Origin: a virus
IMG/VR virus record: IMGVR_UViG_3300048580_000994
Coordinates: 1 to 64,000 of that record
DNA length: 64,000 nt
Strand: one strand, 5' to 3'
The notes beneath the pieces were generated by a model that made no database searches, was not told the origin of the DNA, and worked only from the letters and a program-made list of their open reading frames with translations. Position numbers and translations under genes: made by a program. Positions 19,562 to 29,031 of this stretch are shown here, one piece after another; within the stretch, counting starts at the first letter, position 1; the number at the start of each line of letters is the position of its first letter.

Positions 19562-19652
19562 CGAAAATTTTTTGATATTTTTGAAAAAAGTATTTGACAA
19601 CATGGTTAAAAGTGGATATATTGTATAAATAGAAAGTGATTAACGCACTTAT

Positions 19653-19731
19653 GCCCATGTGGTGGAATGGCAGACACGCCTGACTCAAAATCAGGTTCGA
19701 AAGAGTGGGGGTTCAAGTCCCTCCATGGGCA
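19653..19731 (+). tRNA. tRNA-Leu(CAA)
   Basis: CCTGA-CTCAAAA-TCAGG; own TTGACA and TATAAATA promoters upstream. Confidence 0.9.
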
Positions 19732-19937
19732 CTAAAAGTTTATTGATTCTTTTTAAAAATCAATTGGCGTCCCCGGTGAAAGGTCTGCTCATGGACCTCC
19801 AGTAATGGTGTCCGAATGGACATAAGATGTTGACCTTTGTGGCGATTGGTTAGTAACAAACATCGAAAAGGACAGAAGCCTCTGGTGCCCAACGTAAGTG
19901 TTGGGCTGGGCAGTCAAGAGCCAAGTAATCTTGATAT

Positions 19938-20010
19938 GCGGGCATAGCTCAGTTGGTAGAGTACAAGTTTTCCAAACTTGGTGTCGTCGGTTCAAGCCCG
20001 TCTGCCCGCT
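19938..20010 (+). tRNA. tRNA-Gly(TCC)
   Basis: CAAGT-TTTCCAA-ACTTG. Confidence 0.9.
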
Positions 20011-20046
20011 CAAAACATTGAAATAGCACAATTTTTAAAAATTGTG

Positions 20047-20766
20047 CTATTTGTTTATATAAATTGGCATTGATGAATTATACCAATTATTATTATATTC
20101 AGAGTATTTGGTATTCCATTCGTCAATTTCTAATAATAATTGTTCTAAAGTAACTGATGAATTTCCACACTTGGAACAATTGTCCTTTTTTAATAAATAT
20201 TCACAGTTGGCAGGATGTGACAATATCATTGGATTTATATTGTTTTTATAACCATTAACGACTGAATAACGATGGTCTTTATCATAGTTGTTTCCTTCAA
20301 TAATATTATTAAAACCTAATAAACAATGCTTAATATTGTCGTGTATTTTTTTAAATCTGGATAATGTTCTGTAGTTTTTAAATGGCTCGACATCTGCAAT
20401 AGTTAGTCCAAATTTTTTGAGTAATGTGTTTCTTTGTTGTTCCCTTGATTTTTCTGAACGATTTTTATTAGAGTTATCTCCAGAACAAGTTTGTGAACAA
20501 AAAGAATTTCGTCTTTGTTCATAAGGAATATTGTTGCCACATACCAAACATTTTTTGACAAATGAAGCTGTTGATATTGCCAATCGTTCTTTATTGGTTA
20601 AAAATCCTGCTTCTTTAATTGCGTTACTCCAACTACCAAATGTTCTTTCAAAGTGTCCATAATGAATGCTTGGTGAAAAAGTAAAATCGTTTCTTGATGG
20701 TATTTTATTATGTTGATTATAAAAATTTTTTAGTTCTGAAATTAAAAAGTCTTTAGTATATTTCAT
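20047..20766 (-). CDS. Zn-ribbon + HNH-like endonuclease (DH..S..G..HPANC family)
   Basis: N-terminal FGSWSNAIKEAG repeat, CxxC..FCSxxC, DHRYS..HPANC..N motif. Confidence 0.75.
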   Translation of the reverse strand: MKYTKDFLISELKNFYNQHNKIPSRNDFTFSPSIHYGHFERTFGSWSNAIKEAGFLTNKERLAISTASFVKKCLVCGNNIPYEQRRNSFCSQTCSGDNSNKNRSEKSREQQRNTLLKKFGLTIADVEPFKNYRTLSRFKKIHDNIKHCLLGFNNIIEGNNYDKDHRYSVVNGYKNNINPMILSHPANCEYLLKKDNCSKCGNSSVTLEQLLLEIDEWNTKYSEYNNNWYNSSMPIYINK

Positions 20767-20790
20767 TTGACATAATCTCCGGTTTCGGGT

Positions 20791-20881
20791 TATAAATAAA
20801 GGAGTGGGACAAGCCCTCCTCCGGTTGGGTTTCTATTGCCGCCACAGCAATGGATACCACTAATTCTTTATATTATTTATC
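20791..20881 (+). ncRNA. Nuclease-associated three-way-junction sRNA element
   Basis: Loop CTCCGGTT equals RBS region 20777-20784. Confidence 0.75.
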
Positions 20882-20913
20882 ATTTTAGTTGTAAAAGTCA
20901 ATATTATTTTTAT

Positions 20914-21163
20914 CTTTCTATAGTTTAATTAGAAAATCAAGTATATCATTCCAGTACAACGTAAGAAAATTTCAGGAAATCATCAGCTAACAAATCGCAA
21001 GGCTATAAAAACATTGAGCCAAGGGAAGTGCTTGGACAGGGCGAAATGATGAAATGAAATTAGTAAGACGTTTGAAAAAATGATTGAAAGATGAGTATTA
21101 GGTAAAACACCGGCATAGCATTGCGATTGGAGCCGGAGATTCTGTTCAAGTCAGACATGAAAG
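20914..21163 (+). ncRNA. tRNA-framed ncRNA with ~180-nt D-loop insertion
   Basis: CTTTC/GAAAG, GTTT/AAAC, CCGGC/GCCGG, TCTG-TTCAAGT-CAGA. Confidence 0.5.
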
Positions 21164-21174
21164 GCTAATTTAAT

Positions 21175-21255
21175 GGAAGGGCTGGGTACGAGTGAACCCA
21201 AGAGTCTGTAAAACTCCCCTTAACTGTGTGATGGTGCAAATTCCGTCCCCTTCCA
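21175..21255 (+). tRNA. tRNA-Tyr(GTA), duplicate of 16356
   Basis: One substitution relative to 16356-16436. Confidence 0.75.
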
Positions 21256-21264
21256 CAAACAGAA

Positions 21265-21341
21265 CAACTTGATATGGTGTAATGGCTGCACGGACCACAT
21301 GGAGTGGTCAGGTATTGGTTCAAATCCTTTCTCATTGTTGA
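21265..21341 (+). pseudogene. Degenerate tRNA (GACCA-CATGGAG-TGGTC arm)
   Basis: D arm and T loop recognisable, acceptor and T stems broken. Confidence 0.4.
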
Positions 21342-21463
21342 AGTTAAATCAAATCTGCAGGTTTGGTACTTCGTGTTCAGGGACGCTTGAACATTGTTCT
21401 GAAGATTTCCAGAGAGGTTTGTAAGTAGACCCTGTAAGCGTTGACTGGGGAAACTTTCATTAT

Positions 21464-21549
21464 TCCGGGGTCGTCTAATTTGGTAGGACACCTGACTTTG
21501 AATCAGGGAGATTAACATCTCTGTGCAGGTTCGACTCCTGCTCCCGGAT
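21464..21549 (+). tRNA. tRNA-Gln(TTG) with long variable arm
   Basis: CCTGA-CTTTGAA-TCAGG; GAGAT-TAAC-ATCTC arm. Confidence 0.8.
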
Positions 21550-21609
21550 CAAAAACAATAAGCGGTTGTAGGTGTAGACGTGTTAGATAGGAACCTTCAT
21601 TTTTATTAT

Positions 21610-21685
21610 ATCGGTATAGTGTTAACGGTTAGCACGATGGTCTCCAAAACCACAAGTCAGGGTTCGAATCCTTGTACCGATGCCA
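21610..21685 (+). tRNA. tRNA-Trp(CCA)
   Basis: TGGT-CTCCAAA-ACCA; GCCA end. Confidence 0.9.
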
Positions 21686-21692
21686 AATTCAT

Positions 21693-21766
21693 ACTTCCGG
21701 ATGGTGTGGGCACCTGTTATCCTTGACTCGGATGATGTTAGAGTTCAATTCTCTACGGAAGTACCA
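21693..21766 (+). tRNA. tRNA-Val(GAC), reduced D loop
   Basis: TATCC-TTGACTC-GGATG; ACCA end. Confidence 0.7.
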
Positions 21767-21860
21767 AAATTGCATTCGTTAGGGTACCTTGATTATGTTG
21801 GTAAAAAATCTTGAGTATCTCAAAGCAATACCATCCAACAATGGTTAGTAAGGTTCGAAC

Positions 21861-22682
21861 TTACTTGATATATCTGGGTAATGTGTGGTTGCCAAATTCC
21901 CATAATACTATTCGAAGAAATAGTTCATTCAATGTTATAGTTGATGATATTCTTCTGTTAAAATTTTCTTTATATGGAACCATTTCTGCGTTTGCAGGAT
22001 GTTTTATTAATTCAAATGATATATTATTTTTATATCCTTCTTGTATTTGGTATAAATGGTCCCAAGTAACTCCGGTGGGGTTTGGGTTCATTGCTGAATG
22101 TGGTCTATACCACCCATAGTTTTTGATCATTTCAAAATCAAATAATTCACTATGTTTTTTGGAAGATAATGAAAACCTGCAACTTTTTCTGTAAAATGTT
22201 TTATTTTCATATCTACATTTTGTGCAATAACAAGAACTTCTTGATGCTGGACTGATAAATATAATATTACATTTTTCACATTGTTTGTATTTAATATTTG
22301 TGGTTGGGTATTCTTTTGGTGCTTTATATGTTGGTGATTTTGTTCTTGGATTTTGTTGGAAATATATTTTTAATTTTTTAGAAACAGTTAATCCAATTTG
22401 TTGTTTAGAAACATCTGATAGTGTCCAGCCATTTTCAATTCGTTTTTTATTAGTATAAGTAGCAGAACAAGAATGATTGCAGAAATCTTTTCTTTTATTA
22501 TCATAATCAATAATTATACCGCAGCACAAACATTTTTTAGGGTTTTGGTTGTATAGTTTGATGTTTTCGTTTTTAGTATGGTTGCCCAAACATTGTTTTG
22601 AGCAATAAGTCATTGATCTTTTATCTTTGATTATAAATTCTTTTTTACATTCTTGGCATATAGCAGTTTTTTTAATTTTCAT
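21861..22682 (-). CDS. Zn-ribbon + HNH-like endonuclease (HPAN family)
   Basis: CxxC/CSxxC repeats; WDHLY..GY..HPANA..EN. Confidence 0.75.
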   Translation of the reverse strand: MKIKKTAICQECKKEFIIKDKRSMTYCSKQCLGNHTKNENIKLYNQNPKKCLCCGIIIDYDNKRKDFCNHSCSATYTNKKRIENGWTLSDVSKQQIGLTVSKKLKIYFQQNPRTKSPTYKAPKEYPTTNIKYKQCEKCNIIFISPASRSSCYCTKCRYENKTFYRKSCRFSLSSKKHSELFDFEMIKNYGWYRPHSAMNPNPTGVTWDHLYQIQEGYKNNISFELIKHPANAEMVPYKENFNRRISSTITLNELFLRIVLWEFGNHTLPRYIK

Positions 22683-22706
22683 TTGACATAATCTCCGGTT
22701 TCGGGT

Positions 22707-22797
22707 TATAAATAAAGGAGTGGGACAAGCCCTCCTCCGGTTGGGTTTCCATTATCCGCTAAGTAATGGATACCACTAATTCTTTATATTATTTATC
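22707..22797 (+). ncRNA. Nuclease-associated three-way-junction sRNA element
   Basis: Same P1/P2 as 20791 copy, different P3 hairpin. Confidence 0.75.
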
Positions 22798-22829
22798 ATT
22801 TTGGTTGTAAAAGTCAATATTTAAATTAT

Positions 22830-22904
22830 GCTCGGTAGATCGCTGGGGCGACGATGATCCTTACAAGATTGTTGTGGTGGGTCCAATCCCCACACCGAGT
22901 ACCA
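22830..22904 (+). tRNA. tRNA-Val(TAC)
   Basis: TGATC-CTTACAA-GATTG; ACCA end. Confidence 0.75.
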
Positions 22905-22993
22905 AATAAAAATTAAACTTCAATGGACAATGGCGTATCCCGACATTGTGGGAAGTTTATACAGTTTTGTGGTATCTGTGTCAAACCACTTTT

Positions 22994-23073
22994 GGCCTGT
23001 GGGACTGCATGGTGTAGTCGCCCGCCTGTCACGCGGGAGGTTCAGAGGGGATCGTTACCCCTACAGGTCGCCA
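22994..23073 (+). tRNA. tRNA-Asp(GTC)
   Basis: CCCGC-CTGTCAC-GCGGG; GCCA end. Confidence 0.8.
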
Positions 23074-23079
23074 AACCAT

Positions 23080-23219
23080 CGCAGAGCAAGTCCTTTCATT
23101 TGGGACGAAAGAGGGAGTAGGCACTTGAAGTCGAAACCGTGAGTGGTGCTGCAACCAATTTCCGAAAGGACTGGACAATAAAAGTCCAAGACTCGCAGCG
23201 ATTCCCACCTCTGCAACCA
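23080..23219 (+). ncRNA. Structured ~140-nt RNA with acceptor-like closing stem and ACCA end
   Basis: GCAGAG/CTCTGC + AACCA; internal hairpins. Confidence 0.5.
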
Positions 23220-23222
23220 ATT

Positions 23223-23294
23223 CAGGGTGTAGCTTAAAAGAAAAGTGCTGGTCTCGGAAACCAGAGACTGGGTTTGCAAGATACCCCATCCTGA
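23223..23294 (+). tRNA. tRNA-Pro(CGG)
   Basis: CTGGT-CTCGGAA-ACCAG. Confidence 0.7.
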
Positions 23295-23307
23295 CAAAAT
23301 GTTTTAT

Positions 23308-23381
23308 GGGCTGTGTAATGGGGTTACGGGTGACTTTTGCAAAGTTGCTGATTCAGGAGGGTTCGATTCCCCCACGGTCCA
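23308..23381 (+). tRNA. tRNA-Ala(TGC)
   Basis: TGACT-TTTGCAA-AGTTG; G3:U70. Confidence 0.65.
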
Positions 23382-23387
23382 CTTAAT

Positions 23388-23459
23388 GGGGAATGGGCGA
23401 GGTACCCGGATAATCATGGCATGATTATAGCCTGATCGGAGCGTTACCGATATTCTCCA
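23388..23459 (+). tRNA. tRNA-Ala(GGC)
   Basis: TAATC-ATGGCAT-GATTA; G3:U70. Confidence 0.65.
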
Positions 23460-23576
23460 CAAACAATTACCAAGATTGTATCGGTGAAAAAGTCTACGTA
23501 AAGTCGGGACGAATCGAACAAAAAGGTGTTAGAATATTGTTCATTTTGGTTAAAGACTGTGACCAAAAATATTAAT

Positions 23577-23650
23577 GCGGGTATGATGTAAAGGTTGCCT
23601 GAAGCGTTGCCAACGCTTACTTGGGATTTCGATTCCATCTAGGTACTCCA
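23577..23650 (+). pseudogene. tRNA-Gly(GCC) with disrupted 3' end
   Basis: AAGCG-TTGCCAA-CGCTT; acceptor pairing poor. Confidence 0.5.
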
Positions 23651-23689
23651 CTCATATAAATACTAAGTACAATTACGGAGGATAATTTT

Positions 23690-24214
23690 ATGAAAATACA
23701 TGAAATCATATATGAGACACTTGGTGCTACGTCATATCCATGGAAGTTAGTGGATCGATCAGCATCTAGCAATACCTATGAGTTTTTCAACGCACAACAG
23801 ATAAAGTATATTGTAGACTTAATGCACAGTACTCAATTCTCAGAATTAGTTAAAGCTAAAATCGATATTGCTCGTGTTGTTTTTAGAAATCAAGTTTCAA
23901 TTGATTCGAGTAAAGAAAATCTACACATCACCAATACTGGTGATGCTTGGGGAGTATTCTCTACAGTAATAGATATTATAAAACACGCAATAAACGAGTC
24001 AAACTTTGATATTATTGTTTTTGAAGCCGACAAGAAAGAGCCTAGTAGGGTTAGGTTGTATTCTACATTTATGTCACGTGTACAGCAAGTCCTGCCTAAT
24101 TATATTGCAGCACCAGCAGTTGATGCAGACTGGCTAATCAGATACAGGCTTGTGAAAAAAGATTCACCTTTGAATACTCCACTATTCATGTCCCCAAAGA
24201 AGAAAAAGAAGTAA
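23690..24214 (+). CDS. Late hypothetical protein with MKIHE N-terminus (possible head-internal protein)
   Basis: TATAAATA 23656; GGAGG RBS; TGDA..VFSTV..SRVRLY motif. Confidence 0.7.
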   Translation: MKIHEIIYETLGATSYPWKLVDRSASSNTYEFFNAQQIKYIVDLMHSTQFSELVKAKIDIARVVFRNQVSIDSSKENLHITNTGDAWGVFSTVIDIIKHAINESNFDIIVFEADKKEPSRVRLYSTFMSRVQQVLPNYIAAPAVDADWLIRYRLVKKDSPLNTPLFMSPKKKKK

Positions 24215-24274
24215 TTTAAGCCGCTGGTGTTGGTTCGATTCCCTTCTGGTCCACGGAAAGATAAATAATATAAT

Positions 24275-24359
24275 GCGGGTGTCGCATAGCGGCTATTGCG
24301 CTTGCTTGCCAAGCAAGAGACCCTAAAGGTCATCACGGATTCGAGTTCCGTCACCCGCT
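24275..24359 (+). tRNA. tRNA-Gly(GCC) with long variable arm
   Basis: CTTGC-TTGCCAA-GCAAG; GACC-CTAAA-GGTC arm. Confidence 0.8.
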
Positions 24360-24381
24360 CCTAATAATATTTAAAGTTTGA

Positions 24382-24452
24382 TTGGGTATCGTCTAGTGGT
24401 AAGACAAACGGCTGTTAACCGTTCAACCGAAGTTCGAATCTTCGTACCCGAA
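24382..24452 (+). tRNA. tRNA-Asn(GTT)
   Basis: AACGG-CTGTTAA-CCGTT. Confidence 0.85.
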
Positions 24453-24474
24453 CTGAAAAGATAAATACAATAAT

Positions 24475-24546
24475 GGATCGTTAGCAAATCAACTAATGCG
24501 GCCGGCTGCAACCCGGCAGGACTCAGGGTAGCACTGAGACGGTCCT
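24475..24546 (+). tRNA. tRNA-Cys(GCA)
   Basis: GCCGG-CTGCAAC-CCGGC; U73. Confidence 0.7.
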
Positions 24547-24582
24547 CTACAATTTTTAAATAAATAAATTGACATTTGATGA

Positions 24583-25221
24583 ATGAATATGATAAATAAT
24601 AATATGACAAACTGTTATCAATATTATTATTTATATCAAATCACTAATTTATTAGATGGTAAAATTTACATAGGAGTTCATAAAACAAATAATCTTGGTG
24701 ATGGTTATTTGGGGTCTGGTACCCTTTTATTGAGGGCATATAATAAGTATGGTGTTGAAAATTTTGAAAAACAAATTTTAGAATTTTTTGATAATGCTGA
24801 TGATATGTTAATGAGAGAAAGTGTGGTTGTTAATTTGGATTTTATTAATAGGGATGATACTTATAATATTAAAACTGGTGGATTGCAGGGAATACTTGAC
24901 CAACATACATTAAATAAAATAAAAGAAACCTTTAAACTTAAAAAAATAAGTCATGGTGAGACAAATACACAGTTTGGTACAATGTGGATAACCAATGGGG
25001 TTGACAATAAAAAAATTAAAAAAGATGATGAAATACCTTTTGGTTGGAAAAAGGGGAGGGTCATGCCATCTGATTGGGGTAAAAATATTGGGGATAAATT
25101 GAGGGGTAGAACTTTAGAGGATATTCAGGGTTATGAAAAAGCCCAACAAACTAAAAAACGTATTTCAAATTTTCAAAAAAATAAATATGCGTTGATTAAA
25201 AATAAAAATGATCTGGAGTGA
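24583..25221 (+). CDS. GIY-YIG homing endonuclease (Seg-like); start possibly 24604
   Basis: YLYQITNLLDGKIYIG, YLGSG, YNIKTGG, WITNG..GWKKGR. Confidence 0.85.
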   Translation: MNMINNNMTNCYQYYYLYQITNLLDGKIYIGVHKTNNLGDGYLGSGTLLLRAYNKYGVENFEKQILEFFDNADDMLMRESVVVNLDFINRDDTYNIKTGGLQGILDQHTLNKIKETFKLKKISHGETNTQFGTMWITNGVDNKKIKKDDEIPFGWKKGRVMPSDWGKNIGDKLRGRTLEDIQGYEKAQQTKKRISNFQKNKYALIKNKNDLE

Positions 25222-25351
25222 ATACCAGGGAGGACGATTACAAGATCGTAGATGAATGTCAGGATAATACAGAACCCCGGCTATAGGATGTTAAAAATAT
25301 TTGTAAATACTATATAATCATATTATAATAATGAATGATGGAGAATAAAAA

Positions 25352-26005
25352 ATGCGATTGCGAGAATTTTTACCGGGCAAATCATCTATTCAATTAATCT
25401 CTGAAGCCAGAGCGATGAAGGGTGATTATGCTGCAGATGAACAATTCAAGGAAACGTTTTTATCACCATTGAGTAAAATAGTTTTTGAAAATAATTGGGA
25501 AGATTGTGATAATATTGATATTGATGGGCAAATAATGAAAATTATTGCCAGTAAATCGGATGACACTTATGCTGTTGGATATTGGAGAAATGATGAAAAT
25601 CAGAAAACCATTTTTCAAAGAATTTGTGTTATACAACTTATTGATTGTTTGTATTTGGCGTCTAAGTTAAAAACTTATCCAGAAATGCGCCAAGTGACCA
25701 TGATTTTTGTCACAGAAAGTTTTAGGAGTACTAAAATTGCAAAAAAGATGTATCAATGGTTTGTTCAGCAAGGATTTTCATTAATAGGTGATGTTGAGCA
25801 ATATTTTGGTGCAAGAAAATTGTGGTGTGCATTGTCAAAAATTTCCACTTTGCGTGTTGATGTTGTGAATAGGAACACAGGAACTATTATTCAACAAGGT
25901 AGAATTATAGAGCATGGTGAATTGGACCATGAATTTGATAATGAGATATGGGCTTATGATAGTAGTAAAAATGATATTGGTTTGATATTGATTGATATTA
26001 GGTAA
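25352..26005 (+). CDS. GNAT-fold protein with MRLRE N-terminus
   Basis: FVTESFRSTKIAKKMY and GARKLW motifs. Confidence 0.6.
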   Translation: MRLREFLPGKSSIQLISEARAMKGDYAADEQFKETFLSPLSKIVFENNWEDCDNIDIDGQIMKIIASKSDDTYAVGYWRNDENQKTIFQRICVIQLIDCLYLASKLKTYPEMRQVTMIFVTESFRSTKIAKKMYQWFVQQGFSLIGDVEQYFGARKLWCALSKISTLRVDVVNRNTGTIIQQGRIIEHGELDHEFDNEIWAYDSSKNDIGLILIDIR

Positions 26006-26012
26006 AAATTAT

Positions 26013-26087
26013 GGTGGTCGTGGCGGAATTGGTAAACGCAACGGATTGTGATTCCGTAAACTGGGGGTTCGAGTCCCCTCGATCACC
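26013..26087 (+). tRNA. tRNA-His(GTG)
   Basis: ACGGA-TTGTGAT-TCCGT; 8-bp acceptor with G-1. Confidence 0.9.
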
Positions 26088-26099
26088 CGGATAAAAAAT

Positions 26100-26188
26100 G
26101 GTGTAGTCCCATAATGGTATTGGAGCGGATTGCTAATCCGTCGGACGTTAATAGCGTCTTCAGAGTTCGAGTCTCTGCTACACCGCCA
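26100..26188 (+). tRNA. tRNA-Ser(GCT)
   Basis: GCGGA-TTGCTAA-TCCGT; long arm; GCCA. Confidence 0.9.
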
Positions 26189-26196
26189 ATAATAAT

Positions 26197-26269
26197 GGCT
26201 CGTCTGTTGGTTTTTACAGCACAAGGTCTTCGAAACCATGATGGAAATGTTCGATTCATTTACGGGTCA
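26197..26269 (+). tRNA. tRNA-Arg(TCG), degenerate
   Basis: GGT-CTTCGAA-ACC. Confidence 0.6.
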
Positions 26270-26322
26270 CTAAAAATTTTGGGCGATGGAAACGGGATTC
26301 GATTTCCCACAGGTCCACTTAT

Positions 26323-26412
26323 GGGTAGTAAAGTAGCTGGGAGCTACACAGGTTTGGAAAACCTGTTGGCGTTGAAAAACACGCTGGGGATCGAGACCTC
26401 TGCTACCCGCCA
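26323..26412 (+). tRNA. tRNA-Ser(GGA)
   Basis: CAGGT-TTGGAAA-ACCTG; long arm; GCCA. Confidence 0.8.
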
Positions 26413-26432
26413 ACAACAACTGAGGTACTATC

Positions 26433-26630
26433 ATGATAGAAATAATTGGTGGTATATTAATAGTATTATTGATATTATTAAACATTCGTTTTAGAAATTT
26501 ATTGAAAGATGCAAGAGATACCAGTCTTAAACTTTTAGAACAATTGGAAGAAAGTAAAAAACAAGTCATTGAATTACATAAACAAAATTCCCTATTAATG
26601 GGAGAAAACGTAAAGTTAAAATCAAAATAA
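26433..26630 (+). CDS. Small membrane-anchored coiled-coil protein
   Basis: N-terminal TM, GAGG RBS. Confidence 0.6.
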   Translation: MIEIIGGILIVLLILLNIRFRNLLKDARDTSLKLLEQLEESKKQVIELHKQNSLLMGENVKLKSK

Positions 26631-26635
26631 ATTAT

Positions 26636-26717
26636 GCCGGTGTGATGTAATGGTAGCCTTGCCTCGCTTAAAACGAGGTGTCCTTGAGACGTGCAGGTTC
26701 AAATCCTGTCGCCGGTA
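26636..26717 (+). tRNA. tRNA-Leu(TAA)
   Basis: CCTCG-CTTAAAA-CGAGG. Confidence 0.9.
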
Positions 26718-26790
26718 CTTAAAAAATATTGACAATACCCAATCTATCATGCAAAGATGATAATCTAATTTAATAAAAGGAACCAATTGA

Positions 26791-27528
26791 ATGGAAGATA
26801 TGATTAATCGTGTATATTTGGGTAGTTGTTTAGATTTAATGGCTAAAATTCCAGATGGTAGTATTGATTTGGTAGTCACCGACCCGCCTTATGGCATTTT
26901 ATTTGTGAACAACCATTCGAAAGAACAATTTGAAGAAATATCAAATGATGATTTCGCAAGCACAAAACCATTGTTAGAAGAATATTTTAAAGAGTGCTAT
27001 CGTATTTTAAAAGAAGATTCTGCTATTTATAGTTTTTGTTCTTGGCATAAGGTTGATTTTTTTAAACAAGAAATTGAAAAATATTTTACAATGAAAAATT
27101 TATTATTATGGTCTAAAAAGGATGGTGATACCCCAACATCGAAGCCAATTCATACTACAGGTGATTTGGCTGGTGCATATGGAGTAAGTACCGAGTTGAT
27201 AGTTTATGCCCATAAAGGTAGGTGTTTGAATCGTGGGAAGCGTTATATTGATTTATTGTCATTTCCAAGGGAAAACACTAAATTAATAGGACACCCGACA
27301 CCAAAACCACCATTGTTGCTAAAATTATTGATTGAAAATTCAAGTGATAAAGATGCAATTATTTTTGATGGATTCGCTGGTTCTGGGTCGACAGGGGTTG
27401 CCTGTGCAATGTCTGGAAGAAGATTTATAGGTGCAGAATTAAATGATGGTTATCATAAAATTGCCACAAAAAGAATTAATGATGAATTTGAAAAAATGAG
27501 TAACCCGTTAATTCAATGGGGGGATTAA
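26791..27528 (+). CDS. DNA N4-C/N6-A methyltransferase (beta class)
   Basis: VTDPPY, HPTPKP, DGFAGSGST motifs. Confidence 0.92.
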   Translation: MEDMINRVYLGSCLDLMAKIPDGSIDLVVTDPPYGILFVNNHSKEQFEEISNDDFASTKPLLEEYFKECYRILKEDSAIYSFCSWHKVDFFKQEIEKYFTMKNLLLWSKKDGDTPTSKPIHTTGDLAGAYGVSTELIVYAHKGRCLNRGKRYIDLLSFPRENTKLIGHPTPKPPLLLKLLIENSSDKDAIIFDGFAGSGSTGVACAMSGRRFIGAELNDGYHKIATKRINDEFEKMSNPLIQWGD

Positions 27529-27538
27529 TCCCCCATTG
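27514..27538. terminator. Hairpin between convergent genes
   Basis: CAATGGGGGA-TTAA-TCCCCCATTG. Confidence 0.6.
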
Positions 27539-27548
27539 CTGGTTAATT

Positions 27549-28622
27549 TTATGGTATAAAATCACATTCCCATATGGTAATTAAATTAAATCCATCAGAT
27601 AATAATTTATTTTCTCTTATTAATGTTGATGTATATAGTTCACCGAATGTTTTCTTATTATTTGAATTAATATCTGATGGATTAAATTTAGATGGATTGC
27701 CGTGCCAATAATCACCATAAAATTCATATATAGTATTTGTTTCTGGGTTAAAGCCATCAACTTTTATTATTGATTTATCTGATAAAACTAATTCGATCTG
27801 TCTCATATTTTTTGGGATACCAATTGTGTCAAGCCATAAATTTTCTTTTTTACTTTGCAAACAATTTGGGCAATTCGAACCTGTCAAATGTAAGTCAGCT
27901 CTTTGTTGAAAAACACCATGTTTTTTACAAATTATATTGATTTTTGTTCTGGTGTTTATATATTCAACTAATGTGTAGTCATATTTATCACCATGAATTT
28001 TCTTGGCTTGTTCGATATATTCTGTTGTAGTTTTTCTGTTATTACCATAACATTTACTGCAACCAATACCAAGTAAATGTGTCCCAGGTGGTTGTTCAAA
28101 GTCGCCATGAATTGGGCAAGTTATTATTATTTTTGTGGCTGCATTTATATATATAGTTTTATCATAATTATAAAAATTGTTGTGAATTGTTGATGCCTCT
28201 TTAATAAATTGTTCTTTTGTTTTTGTTTTATTATCTGATGAGCACTTTGGGCATCCATGTCCACTAATATGATTGTCTGGTGTTTGTTCAAAATCACCAT
28301 GAGTTGGGCATGTTATTACAATTTTATTATCTGTTGATGTATAATTTATTTTATCATAATTATAAAAATTGTTGTGAATTGATGATGCTTCTTTAATAAA
28401 TTGTTCTTTTGTTTTTCTACAACGTTGTGAGTTTTTTGCTCCTTTACATTTAGGACAACCATAACCTCTAGAATGGTTATCTGGTGTTTGTAAAAATATA
28501 CCATGAGTTTTACAAATAATTTTTACTTTTTCTCTGGCTTTTTCATAAATGACAGATGTATAATCATATTTATTATTATGAATTTTTGATGATTTTTCTA
28601 TAAATTTTAATAATTTTGACAT
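27549..28622 (-). CDS. Homing-endonuclease-like protein with Zn repeats and Vsr-like nuclease domain
   Basis: Paralogue of 151..1239; IYEFYGDYWHG. Confidence 0.8.
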   Translation of the reverse strand: MSKLLKFIEKSSKIHNNKYDYTSVIYEKAREKVKIICKTHGIFLQTPDNHSRGYGCPKCKGAKNSQRCRKTKEQFIKEASSIHNNFYNYDKINYTSTDNKIVITCPTHGDFEQTPDNHISGHGCPKCSSDNKTKTKEQFIKEASTIHNNFYNYDKTIYINAATKIIITCPIHGDFEQPPGTHLLGIGCSKCYGNNRKTTTEYIEQAKKIHGDKYDYTLVEYINTRTKINIICKKHGVFQQRADLHLTGSNCPNCLQSKKENLWLDTIGIPKNMRQIELVLSDKSIIKVDGFNPETNTIYEFYGDYWHGNPSKFNPSDINSNNKKTFGELYTSTLIRENKLLSDGFNLITIWECDFIP

Positions 28623-28795
28623 AATTTGTATCCTTTTTGTATTAATTATATATTATATAATAGTATTTATCTTTTTGTCAATTTTAATGGTGGTTATGGT
28701 GCTAAAAACGAACTTTTTTAATCTTTTTGAATTTTAGTCCTTGACATCTAAGAAAAATCCAGCTATACTATGTGGACAATTTAGGAGTAACGACG

Positions 28796-29023
28796 ATGAA
28801 CATTCATGTTATTGCGAAGAGCGCCAAGCAGAACCCCATCACTGAATGGGACGTTAGGATTGTTGGAAGCAATGAAGGAGAGCCTCTTGCCACCATTCGC
28901 AAGACTGATGAGGGGATTTTCATTCTTGAAGGTTTCGCTGAAGTGAAGGTTGGCAATAGTCTCAATGAAGTTAGGGACGAAGCCCAGTTTATTCTTGATA
29001 AGATGAGTGTGTTGATTAATTAA
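28796..29023 (+). CDS. Hypothetical early protein
   Basis: TTGACA..TATACT promoter, AGGAG RBS, ATG 28796. Confidence 0.6.
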   Translation: MNIHVIAKSAKQNPITEWDVRIVGSNEGEPLATIRKTDEGIFILEGFAEVKVGNSLNEVRDEAQFILDKMSVLIN

Positions 29024-29031
29024 AAGGTTAT

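Noticed and set aside
26280-26318. tRNA gene
   Set aside because: Only a T arm and acceptor 3' strand remain; treated as a remnant, like 24219-24254 and ~21815-21860.
16318-26879. Many short ORFs overlapping the tRNA array (e.g. 18070, 18486, 19343, 21165, 22923, 23029, 26009, 26114)
   Set aside because: Shadows of GC-richer tRNA genes; no RBS or protein motifs.
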